Below are positions 33,421 to 45,153 of a stretch of 48,526 bases of DNA, piece by piece (the stretch's first letter is position 1; every line of letters starts with the position of its first letter). The stretch is from Octopus bimaculoides (taxonomy: Eukaryota): positions 48,668,603 to 48,717,128 of the forward strand of contig NC_068987.1 in NCBI RefSeq assembly GCF_001194135.2. Direction: 5' to 3'. The translations under genes were made by a program, and so were the position numbers. Below the pieces are notes generated by a model. It was given only the letters and a program-made list of their open reading frames with translations, was not told the DNA's origin and made no database searches.

Positions 33421-33632
33421 TTAAATTTTTCTAATAGTAATAACATTTATAACTTGAGATGTTTGTCTTGCCTTAGCGTTTGTTTCCTCTTTAACAAATA
33501 TATATATGTATGTATGCATGCATGCGTGCCTTTGAGTATGCTTGTCCTCCACCACTACCACTTGATGACAGGTGTTGTTATATATTTATGCCTCCATAAC
33601 ATAGTGGCTTTTTGAGTTAGAAAAAAAAAAAA

Positions 33633-34034
33633 GATACATGGAGAGCCACCTGCAGCAACTACAAGAAGATCCAGACCTTCATCAACAAATGTCTCCGGCA
33701 GATCCTCCATCTGAAGTGGTTCAACAGAGTGCCAAACACCGACTTGTGGGAAAGGGCCAACCAGGAGCCCATACATGTTTAGATTAGATGAAGGAAATGG
33801 AGATGGAAAGAATCCTCAAATATGACACGACAAGCACTTGACTGGAACCCGCAGGGGAAGAGGAAGAGAGGACGCCTGAAGCAGACATGGAAGTGGAGCA
33901 TTTTGGACGAGCTCAGGACCACTGACCTGACATGGGAAGCAGCCAAGAAACACACCAATGACCACAAGAATTGGAAAATAACTGTTGAAGCCCTATGCTC
34001 CACAAGGGGAAAAAAGGATTAAGAAGAAGAAGAA
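33633..34034 (+). mobile_element. Second RTE family (SR2/SR3-like) 3' end with (AAG)n tail
   Basis: KKIQTFINKCLRQILHLKW..NTDLWERANQEPI..RKWRW and TRQALDWNPQGKRKRGR..TW, then taagaagaagaagaa. Confidence 0.85.
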
Positions 34035-34149
34035 CATAGTGGTTTGGCAAAAGACACCAATAGGCCTTTACAAAAAACTAGTACAGGGGTCAATAAGTTT
34101 GACTAAAATTCTTCAAGGCAGTGCCCCAGCATGGAAGAAAAAGATAAAA

Positions 34150-34620
34150 GATAATCCTACATATAAAGTGGACATTGTTTAAGGGTATAGTTGGGGTGAT
34201 ATCAGTGATAGCATCGATCTAGGATATTGAAGAGGATGTTTTTAATACAGAGTTCTGTATGCGTTATCTGTCTTCCTTTGAAAGACACTTTGTATAGGAA
34301 GCAAAATTTGTTGGAATTGAACCCAGTTTTCATGGACATCTTACGTATTTGAACTTAATTTTGGTTTCTCTCTTATCAAGCAGATGAGGCAGATTTTACT
34401 TCTGCATATCATGTTGATCTATTATATGTATCTTCCCTAGCACTGCTAAAACAATTCTGTTTTGGATGCCAAAAGTTATCTTTGTTACTTAGATCATAGA
34501 AATAAAAGTTCCGTTAGAAAGTTGTATTTTTTCATATTTATTAAATATTTTAATTTTGGAATTGTGCTTATCTGGGCAGGTGATTTGATCTGGGACCATG
34601 TGTTGAAACTAAAGCAATTT
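34150..34620 (-). mobile_element. Possible highly decayed PLE GIY-YIG remnant
   Basis: Weak remnants QC*GRYI and LCIKNIL on the minus strand; many stops. Confidence 0.25.
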
Positions 34621-36125
34621 ATAACTTAGAAGACATATTAATCACTCATAAACACACAAAAAATGTTAACTTCACTTAATCACTTTATTAATATTTGGTA
34701 CAGATGTAACATAAAGAAATTTGCTTCCCAATCATGTGGTTTTGGGTTCAGTCCCACTGTGTGGCACCTCAGGCAAGTGTCTTCTTGATGTTGATGTCAA
34801 AATTTTTGCCAGGTTGCAACTGTGTCATTGATCAGGTTGCAGATAGTGTCCTGAAAATTTTGATACCAAATAATAAATGATTTAGTGAAGCTAACAGTTT
34901 TTGTGTTTACAAATGGCTAAAATGTGTCTTTTGTACTGTAATTGCTAACATTTTAATGTTTTTTTTTTGTTTCATATTAGCAGCATTAGACAGGTATACA
35001 AATTTCTTAAATTGTTCAAATGTTATTTCTTGCTGATCTTCATATTGCATATCCTGTATATCATAGTTGTTCTTTGTCTTGTTAGAGACTGACTTCCAGT
35101 ATATAAAATCTTATGAGTTGGTTGCTTCTGTTAGTATGGCAATTTGGATACTGTGTGCATTCAGCACATATGTCCATATGTTTCCTCTTAATCAGCTCAC
35201 ATAAACCTAACTAATAGATCTTAATAGATAAGATTTTTTTTTGTTATCTTCCCTCACCTCCTCTGACTCCAACACTGTCGTTGTCTTCAGCATCATCATC
35301 ATGATCTTTTATTTGAAGTTGGTATCTGGGGAAACTTTATCCATCTGTTGTTACTCTTCATCTCTTCTCAAAATTAACTCCCTTAAAATATGGATTTATC
35401 TTCACCCTTTACAAGAATCACATGGCCTTATCTGTTTCCAACTACCATTAATATCTGATAACAATTTTTATCCAGCTCATTTTAATAATCTGTCCTATTA
35501 CATGCCTTCCCTGTTCATTTTGTCCCAATTTCTTCCTCCTATATTTTTCATAGTATTTCTAATAGGCTGTTTAATCTACCCTATTAGACTTTGTCTGCTT
35601 CCCCTTTCACATTGCATGTTGGGTGGTAGAACATACTGAGTTTCAGTTAGTTGTTTTGTAACTCCAGGTCTTTGATCAAAAGCATTCCACTTGCGACCAC
35701 TTGATATTTTTGGGTGATATCTTGGACTGCATTATTTAATATAATCTTTCATTTTTTTTAAGATAATAGAGTGTGAATTGAAGAAGATTTGGCTGTTTTT
35801 TCTTGCTGGTTAAATGACCATACAAAGGGTTCTTCATTAGATCAGTTACATTTTCACTGATATATTTTATATTCTCGTCCTTAGAAGTCTGAGGATTTTT
35901 GTGTATGTAAGAGTCCTGTTTCATTGAACTTCAACATCATATTCCTGGTAAATGCAACAGTGAAACATAGTTATGATATTAATCCATGTACTGTAAGGGT
36001 TAAAGGAAAAGAGGGGTTTATGGTAAGCTGGTAATAAATTTGAATCAGATGTTGTTTAATCCAAGAAGTATTAGATTTGATTTCTCTCTCTCATATATAT
36101 ATGAAAATCATATATATATACGTTA

Positions 36126-36172
<47 letters not shown>

Positions 36173-36231
36173 ATGTCAATTATATGTATATATCTATACA
36201 TATACATATATATATGTCAATTATATGTATA

Positions 36232-36385
36232 TATCATCATCGTTTAACGTCCGCTTTCCATGCTAGTATGGGTTGGACGATTTGACTGAGGACTGGTGAA
36301 ACCGGATGGCAACACCAGGCTCCAGTCTGATTTGGCAGAGTTTCTACAGCTGGATGCCCTTCCTAACGCCAACCACTCAGAGAGT
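36232..36385 (-). mobile_element. RTE LINE 3' tail fragment
   Basis: atcatcatcgtttaacgtccgctttccatgctagtatggg...cctaacgccaaccactcagagag. Confidence 0.85.
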
Positions 36386-36427
36386 AAATCATATATGTAT
36401 ATGTAAATCATATATATATATATATAT

Positions 36428-36751
36428 CAGGGTGAAAAACTAGAGGTAGTCGATAGCTTCCGCTATCTGGGCGACCAAGTTAGTAGTGGGGGTGGGTGCG
36501 CTGAAAGTGTAGCTGCTAGAATAAGAATAGCCTGGGCAAAGTTTAGAGAGCTCTTACCCCTGCTGGCGACAAAGGGACTCTCACTCAGAGTAAAAGGCAG
36601 ACTGTATGACGCATGCGTACGAACAGCCATGCTACATGGCAGTGAAACATGGGCTGTAACTGCTGAGGACATACGTAAGCTCGCAAGGAATGAAGCCAGT
36701 ATGCTCCGTTGGATGTGTAATGTCAATGTGAATACCCGTCAGAGTGTAAGT
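36428..36751 (+). mobile_element. RTE LINE RT C-terminal fragment running into a gap
   Basis: QGEKLEVVDSFRYLGDQVSSGGGCAESVAARIRIAWAKFRELLPLLATKGLSLRVKGRLYDACVRTAMLHGSETW, open up to the gap. Confidence 0.9.
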
Positions 36752-38088
36752 NNNNNNNNNNNNNNNNNNNNNNNNNNNNNNNNNNNNNNNNNNNNNNNNN
36801 NNNNNNNNNNNNNNNNNNNNNNNNNNNNNNNNNNNNNNNNNNNNNNNNNNNNNNNNNNNNNNNNNNNNNNNNNNNNNNNNNNNNNNNNNNNNNNNNNNNN
36901 NNNNNNNNNNNNNNNNNNNNNNNNNNNNNNNNNNNNNNNNNNNNNNNNNNNNNNNNNNNNNNNNNNNNNNNNNNNNNNNNNNNNNNNNNNNNNNNNNNNN
37001 NNNNNNNNNNNNNNNNNNNNNNNNNNNNNNNNNNNNNNNNNNNNNNNNNNNNNNNNNNNNNNNNNNNNNNNNNNNNNNNNNNNNNNNNNNNNNNNNNNNN
37101 NNNNNNNNNNNNNNNNNNNNNNNNNNNNNNNNNNNNNNNNNNNNNNNNNNNNNNNNNNNNNNNNNNNNNNNNNNNNNNNNNNNNNNNNNNNNNNNNNNNN
37201 NNNNNNNNNNNNNNNNNNNNNNNNNNNNNNNNNNNNNNNNNNNNNNNNNNNNNNNNNNNNNNNNNNNNNNNNNNNNNNNNNNNNNNNNNNNNNNNNNNNN
37301 NNNNNNNNNNNNNNNNNNNNNNNNNNNNNNNNNNNNNNNNNNNNNNNNNNNNNNNNNNNNNNNNNNNNNNNNNNNNNNNNNNNNNNNNNNNNNNNNNNNN
37401 NNNNNNNNNNNNNNNNNNNNNNNNNNNNNNNNNNNNNNNNNNNNNNNNNNNNNNNNNNNNNNNNNNNNNNNNNNNNNNNNNNNNNNNNNNNNNNNNNNNN
37501 NNNTATATATAGGAATCATATATTTACATGTGTGTGTGTATATATATATATATAAAAAATCTCATGAGACTTTAGAAACCTTGAGAGAATGCGAAGTAAT
37601 TAATCTTTTTTTTTTTGTTTTTCAGTTAACTGAAAGTAGATAAAGCTATGATAATAGCACATAAATATTTGGCTGAAGAATGTGTCGGATAGAAAATGTC
37701 AAACAAACGTAGCTGTGTTCTGTTGGGCAGCTTTTGACCTTTTTCTATGCAAAATATTTTAAAACCCAATATTTACATCTGCACCGACACAACATATACA
37801 CATATCCTTATATGGTGTTACCACTCACTGTATTTGATAATAACAAAAGAATTGTATGATGTAATTGAGTGGGAATCAATACTCATTGTCAATGGTTTTG
37901 GAAATGTTGCAGGTCTTGGGTTTGGTAGGATCCCACAATGTGTAGTGTGCATACATAAAGGTATCATTCTGACACATAAGGGCATGTTGTATGTGTGGCA
38001 TAATAGTAATTACATTGCTATTAGAAACATGGGTTGAACTGTCTCAGGCAATCAAAATTTTGTCCTTTTTCATCTACTTTTATTTTAG

Positions 38089-38112
38089 GTCTAGTCAATG
38101 CTTTGTTTAAAT
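38089..38112 (+). CDS. Candidate 24-nt exon, phase 1-1 (GLVNALFK)
   Basis: Long polypyrimidine acceptor tttgtcctttttcatctacttttattttag| and donor |gtaagc. Open only in the phase compatible with exon 1. Confidence 0.35.
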
Positions 38113-38509
38113 GTAAGCAAACACATCTTTCATTAACCATCAAATATTTAATTCATGGTCTATAAATTTAAGTTGTTGACTTAAGTTATCAGTTCCAATA
38201 CTTTTATGGTGTTTATTTTAGAAACTTTGTAAGGTCTGCTGGCAAAGTTGACTCGGATGTAAAAGGGTTCATAAGTGGATTGGAATCAAGTACCACAAGC
38301 TATTCTGGTTTGATGCACTGATTTTGTCACATCTCACTGACACACATGCACCCACACACACTTATATCACACAAGTTCAATAGAGGCTCTGTTTATAAAA
38401 TTACAAGTCTCAGTGGTGCACAGTAAAATTGAACCTGAAACTACATAATTGCAAAGGAGACTTCTTAATGAAACAGCCATACCTGTGACCCATGTATATG
38501 CATAATATG

Positions 38510-38552
<43 letters not shown>

Positions 38553-38767
38553 ACACACACATGCACACACACACACACACACTTCTAAGCATAACATTTC
38601 ATATAACCTTCATATTAAAAAAATCAATTTTTATCTTGAGTTGTAAGCAAAAGATTGTTAAAGCTGTTTGACTTGTTTATGTTTCAAATTGCTTAATTTT
38701 AAGTTTTGTACTTATTCATGACTGTTTCTCTTTCAAACTATCCCAAATCCCATGAGAAAGCGTTTAT

Positions 38768-38809
<42 letters not shown>

Positions 38810-39035
38810 GAAATTCTATTTTATCTGAATTGCTATTGTACAGTCTATTGAAAAAATAGTTTTATTTTCACACAAACTTGTTTACTGTTACTTCCCATAT
38901 TTTTAAATATAAGTTTGGGACTCTCAACATTGAAGTCTTAAAAATGAAAATTACCTTTCATTCCTAACATAATGGCTAATAATCTAAAACATTATTATTT
39001 TTATACTAACAACTCATTTCAGACTTTTATATTAA

Positions 39036-39243
39036 CTCTTTAGCATTTAAAGTGACCATGTTAAACCCAAATAGTCTCCCTGTATTATGTTCAGACAAAA
39101 TCCAACTTCTCTCTCCTTTCCTACAATGTCATTCTGTAAAATGAACTACCACATCATTGAAATCTTAAAGCTACACGATCAATTCAAAACAATATGAATG
39201 CATAAGCGTTACATTACACAGAGTAATCAAAATGTTTAAAGGG
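39036..39243. mobile_element. piggyBac-type MITE
   Basis: ttaa|ctctttagcatt ... aatgtttaaaggg|ttca: degenerate CCC/GGG TIRs with a TTAA-like target. Confidence 0.5.
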
Positions 39244-41156
39244 TTCAACTTGCAGGCATGCTGTGTCATTAGGAAGTTCATTTTGCACCATGATTTTGGG
39301 TTCAATCCTCGTGTAGCATTTTTGGCAAATGCCTTCATTTGATATTTAGCCTTCAGTTGACCAATACCTTATTAGTGAAAGTTGGTTGACAGAAACTATA
39401 TGGAAGTTCATAAAGTGTGTGTGTGTGTGTGTGTGTGTGAGATCAATGCCAACTTTTCTGTTTGTATATATCGGACTGAATTTATTGAGGCAGTTTTTCT
39501 GTGTGTGGATGCATCTCTTACATGTTTCCAAGTAAGGGAATATTTCCCCATGATCAGACATGTATAGTAGAAGTCATTTCACAAAGATGACTTGCAGTAG
39601 GACTGAACCCGAAACCACACAGCCATACCTGCACCTGTATGTATGTGTGTCTTCTTGAGCCTTTGCAAATGACACTGCTTGGGCAGTAGTGTTGTTTATA
39701 TTCTTTATAAACAATATGTTCTGCTTAGTGGTTTGACATGCAAAAATGTGGAATAAAGTCTCTTGAAAACAACTAAGGGTTGGCGTTAAGAAAGGTATTC
39801 AGCTATAGGCTGCTGCTTTAATAAATCTTGTCCAGTCCATACCAGCATGGAAATAGCAAATGTAAAAATAATGATCAGATGATGATGTTTGAAATGTTGA
39901 TAATTCCAGTTCTTATTGGGACTGTGAGATATGGATTTTCATTGAACATTTAAATAGATCGTAGGAATGTTCTTTTTAAATGTACAATGGAAATGGTATG
40001 ACAATGGCCATAAGAATTTAGCAGTTATTTTTAGCATGCTGTCTGCAGTTGCAAATATTTGCAAGAATTGTTAGTGTCAGTGTTTTTGTAGTTTGTTGGA
40101 GGCTGTTTTCTCTAAACTAACTGCTCATCTTTGAAGTGTGACTAGTATTTTTGATTGATATATATCTTTTGTGAATGGATAATAGATGTACAGGCAAAGA
40201 ATATATATATATATTAGTATCATAAATATTTCATTTTCAAAGATCTCTACTTCTGATAGCTAAATAATCTGATGACAAGTTGTCTGAACACCAAGAATTA
40301 GAAAAACTTGAATTTAGAGTTTTCTCAATATGTCACATGCCTTTATGCAAGATGTGTTTTATTAAATTAATTATTTTCTGTGTCCCTGTCTATTAGATAG
40401 GTATTAACCTGGTTGGTGTTAGAATAGAGTATGTAGCTATAAAGACTTGTTTTATATTAATATCTATCTATATATGTATATAAATGCATATGTATTTGTC
40501 TATCTGTCAAATGACTGAAACAAGTAAAAGAAAAAAAAAATTGTTGTTTCATAAACTTGTGATCCACTCAACTTGATGTGCACCTTATTGTCTTCATGGT
40601 TTGTTCCATACTCAACTCCTCCTGTTGAACTGGCCAGACAGTGCAGTGTGAGGCAGTCTGTTTCAGTATCCATTAAGATTATGCAATTAAAATAATTACT
40701 GTAGCATCTATGATGAGTACTGCCTTCAGCTGTGAACTTTGAAAATATTAATATTCAATACTTTAAAAAAAAGTCAGTTTTTGCAGTTTGTCTTTCAATA
40801 GCAATGAACACAAAATAAACTGAATATAACTGCTTTACTGGACAGGCACACATATGCACACACACACGAACATTCATGCTTATATATTCATCATCGTCAT
40901 TTAATTCTAATGTCTACATTTTTATACTTGCACGGGTTGGACAGAATTTATTGAGGCAAATTTTCTGTGGCAGGATGGTCTTCCTCTTGCCAACCCTCAT
41001 CTGTTTCCAAGCAAGGTAATATTCTCCCATAGCTAGATATGTTCTTGTAGAATATTGGAAATGAATGATACTGCTTGTAAGAGAGTGGAAATTATTTTAC
41101 AATTATCATGTGATGTCCAGATAAGGAGACATGAACACATGCATGCACATGCATGT

Positions 41157-41194
<38 letters not shown>

Positions 41195-43013
41195 CTGTTT
41201 CTGATTACCAAATAGCGGTCATGAGAAGGTTGGTATCAAAAGGGTTAACTATTTAATCTCTCTTAATTATGCACCAAGCTAGATTTGTAGGTAAGCAGAT
41301 ATTGTTGTTTGAATTGTATACAAATGTAAATTTATCAACCTCTGAATGTAAGCAACAATAGTGTTCTTTATGGGATTCGAACTCAAACTGTAGAAGATCG
41401 AAACTCTCTATTTCAGCGCTTTTAATCTAACGCTCTATCATTAGTACCCCATTAATAGAAATGAGTTACATGTATTAGTAATTAATATCTTGAGTTTTGG
41501 AATAATTGTAAAATTTTTTGTTTCAATATATATGTATGTTTCAATTGTAATAATTTCAATATTAAGGTTTACATTGTTCCTGTATCATTAGCTGTTTAAA
41601 TGGAATAATGATACCTTCATGTAACTGGTAAGATTTCATTCCTTGCATCTAAAACGTAACTTTACACTTATAAGGTCATGTCTAGAGTTAAAGAGAGTTG
41701 GTAAACCAGCTCCTGACAGCTTGACCTTAAGGTGATAAAATACAGAATAGTTTTCAGATTTACACCCCCTTGGGGTGTGTGTGACATATATACGGTGGGA
41801 AATATATCTGGTTTATTCCTTTTGAAAGTTATATTCTCTTGGAGTAAATATTTCCAGCATTTTTTGGAGGCTTGGGTGTCTTGTTTTAATTTAAATTTAA
41901 ACTTCTTTTAACAGTTATTAAAATAATATGTAGCAGTGGTTTTATGCTTATTTATTTTAACCCTTTCATGGCCACATCTCTTACGAAATACACTGCTTGA
42001 GCATGTCAATTAATTTTGAAAATAATTAAGAAATTGGAAGAATTTAGTAAAATAAGTTTTTCATTGTCAAGCTGGTGTTTGGAATATAAAATAATTTAAC
42101 ATGAAATCTATGTTGGAAAGTTTTAATTTAGACATGAACACTTTGAAATGAGAGGTTTTCTTTTACAGAATGGGGGTGGGTGGGTTGATTGGTTGGTGGG
42201 GGTGTTAAATGAGTGTTTTGGGAGTTAGTGTCAAACATGAGAATTGGTGTTATATGAGTTAAACAGTGTTTTGGAGTGGTACTCATAAAATGCAGTCTGG
42301 TCCAACATCCCCACTTGGTTTTCAGGAGAGTTTGTACTAATTTAAGCATTTGGGGGAAACAAATCCCTCCCTTTTCTCTACTCTTGGTTCCCTTCCTCCT
42401 TATGTTTTTTCCTGCAGATATTCAGGCTGGGTATTAACCATTTCAATCTCTCCAANNNNNNNNNNNNNNNNNNNNNNNNNNNNNNNNNNNNNNNNNNNNN
42501 NNNNNNNNNNNNNNNNNNNNNNNNNNNNNNNNNNNNNNNNNNNNNNNNNNNNNNNNNNNNNNNNNNNNNNNNNNNNNNNNNNNNNNNNNNNNNNNNNNNN
42601 NNNNNNNNNNNNNNNNNNNNNNNNNNNNNNNNNNNNNNNNNNNNNNNNNNNNNNNNNNNNNNNNNNNNNNNNNNNNNNNNNNNNNNNNNNNNNNNNNNNN
42701 NNNNNNNNNNNNNNNNNNNNNNNNNNNNNNNNNNNNNNNNNNNNNNNNNNNNNNNNNNNNNNNNNNNNNNNNNNNNNNNNNNNNNNNNNNNNNNNNNNNN
42801 NNNNNNNNNNNNNNNNNNNNNNNNNNNNNNNNNNNNNNNNNNNNNNNNNNNNNNNNNNNNNNNNNNNNNNNNNNNNNNNNNNNNNNNNNNNNNNNNNNNN
42901 NNNNNNNNNNNNNNNNNNNNNNNNNNNNNNNNNNNNNNNNNNNNNNNNNNNNNNNNNNNNNNNNNNNNNNNNNNNNNNNNNNNNNNNNNNNNNNNNNNNN
43001 NNNNNNNNNNNNN

Positions 43014-43312
43014 GCCTGACAGGCCTTGTAGGGTTTTCGAGCGAGATCGTTGCCAGTGCCCCTGGACTGGCTCTTGTGCGGGTGGCACATAAAAGACACC
43101 ATTTCGAGCGTGGCCGTTTTCGTGCAGGTGACACGTAAAAGCACCCACTACACTCTCTGAGTAGTTGCCGTTAGGAAGGGCATCCAGCTGTAGAAACTCT
43201 GCCAAATTAGATTGGAGCCTGGTGTTGCCATCCGGTTTCACCAGTCCTCAGTCAAATTGTCCAACCCATGCTAGCATGGAAAGCGGACGTTAAACGATGA
43301 TGATGATGATGA
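43014..43312 (+). mobile_element. RTE LINE 3' UTR and (GAT)n tail emerging from a gap
   Basis: Homologous to 970-1229; ends ggaaagcggacgttaaacgatgatgatgatgatga. Confidence 0.88.
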
Positions 43313-43600
43313 GTTGCCAGTTTTGATGTAAGGAGTATCTAAAGATTCAGCAAGCTTCTGGCTACCAACTAAACTATATTTTCATTCACATATTTGCATT
43401 ACAAAAATTTAACATTATCATTTTTTTTTTAGTCACCTATCGTAAACGACATTTTATATCACCATCTCAATGATGATGATGTCACATTTTCTATATGAGT
43501 GTGTTCACATGTTCGTTACCTACGTTAGGCTGATGACTGACAAGTATATGTGTGTGACTGTGTATGTGTCTGTCAGTATACATACATTTTTGTGACAACT

Positions 43601-43636
<36 letters not shown>

Positions 43637-44964
43637 ATGATAGAGACAGACACACAGGGACTGAGATAGGCTTCAAGTGTACATTAATGTATGTGTGTCT
43701 CTTAGTTATGTATGCANNNNNNNNNNNNNNNNNNNNNNNNNNNNNNNNNNNNNNNNNNNNNNNNNNNNNNNNNNNNNNNNNNNNNNNNNNNNNNNNNNNN
43801 NNNNNNNNNNNNNNNNNNNNNNNNNNNNNNNNNNNNNNNNNNNNNNNNNNNNNNNNNNNNNNNNNNNNNNNNNNNNNNNNNNNNNNNNNNNNNNNNNNNN
43901 NNNNNNNNNNNNNNNNNNNNNNNNNNNNNNNNNNNNNNNNNNNNNNNNNNNNNNNNNNNNNNNNNNNNNNNNNNNNNNNNNNNNNNNNNNNNNNNNNNNN
44001 NNNNNNNNNNNNNNNNNNNNNNNNNNNNNNNNNNNNNNNNNNNNNNNNNNNNNNNNNNNNNNNNNNNNNNNNNNNNNNNNNNNNNNNNNNNNNNNNNNNN
44101 NNNNNNNNNNNNNNNNNNNNNNNNNNNNNNNNNNNNNNNNNNNNNNNNNNNNNNNNNNNNNNNNNNNNNNNNNNNNNNNNNNNNNNNNNNNNNNNNNNNN
44201 NNNNNNNNNNNNNNNNNNNNNNNNNNNNNNNNNNNNNNNNNNNNNNNNNNNNNNNNNNNNNNNNNNNNNNNNNNNNNNNNNNNNNNNNNNNNNNNNNNNN
44301 NNNNNNNNNNNNNNNNNNNNNNNNNNNNNNNNNNNNNNNNNNNNNNNNNNNNNNNNNNNNNNNNNNNNNNNNNNNNNNNNNNNNNNNNNNNNNNNNNNNN
44401 NNNNNNNNNNNNNNNNNNNNNNNNNNNNNNNNNNNNNNNNNNNNNNNNNNNNNNNNNNNNNNNNNNNNNNNNNNNNNNNNNNNNNNNNNNNNNNNNNNNN
44501 NNNNNNNNNNNNNNNNNNNNNNNNNNNNNNNNNNNNNNNNNNNNNNNNNNNNNAACTATGCTACAGGAAGTATGTTTTGCACCTATTGGTGATCCCATTG
44601 AAAATCACGATATTCTCATTTGTGTTCAACATAACAAACTTAAATGTGTTTCACAGACTCATCCCTCTTATGATGCTTTCCAGTATAATCTTATTCATTC
44701 AGTCGTAAATTTTATAACATTTAGTACATGTTCCAAATAAATGTTGACTTTCTGTACTTACATTGGTGATGCATACTAACTTTTGCTAAATTGGTGACAT
44801 TCCATTTTTTTTATAGCATAACTATGCTACAGAAAGTATGTTTTGCACCTATATTGACTACATTTCATTTTGCTTCAACTTTGTGTGTGTACATTTTGCT
44901 GTTTTCAATATTATCAATTCTATGAGTGAGTGTGTGTGTGTGTTTCTGCATTTGTTATGTCTAT

Positions 44965-45153
44965 AGTAAAGAGCATTTTACGCTTTTTTAATGAGCCCAC
45001 ATCTAATGAAGTAGCCATCCTTATAGTTGGTGATCCCATTGAAAATCACGATATTCTCATTTGTGTTCAACATAACAAACTTAAATGTGTTTCACAGACT
45101 CATCCCTCTTATGATGCTTTCCAGTATAATCTTATTCTGTGGAATGGACAAGA
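44965..45153 (+). mobile_element. Helitron Rep-region coding fragment (partial duplicate at 44585-44697)
   Basis: FNEPTSNEVAILIVGDPIENHDILICVQHNKLKCVSQTHPSYDAFQYNLILWNGQDGY resembles the Helitron Rep consensus (.NAPT..EVA.. / ..H.SYD.LQYPL.F..G.DG). Confidence 0.75.

Noticed and set aside
15529-35036. Resemblance of MAAV... plus ALDR..NF..C to the glucosidase II alpha (GANAB) N-terminus
   Set aside because: The apparent match needs read-through of a putative donor into a stop at about 35034, and no further GANAB-like exon is visible; no gene symbol assigned.
37596-37650. Strong poly-T acceptor at about 37625
   Set aside because: Stops in all three frames within about 18 nt and no convincing donor.
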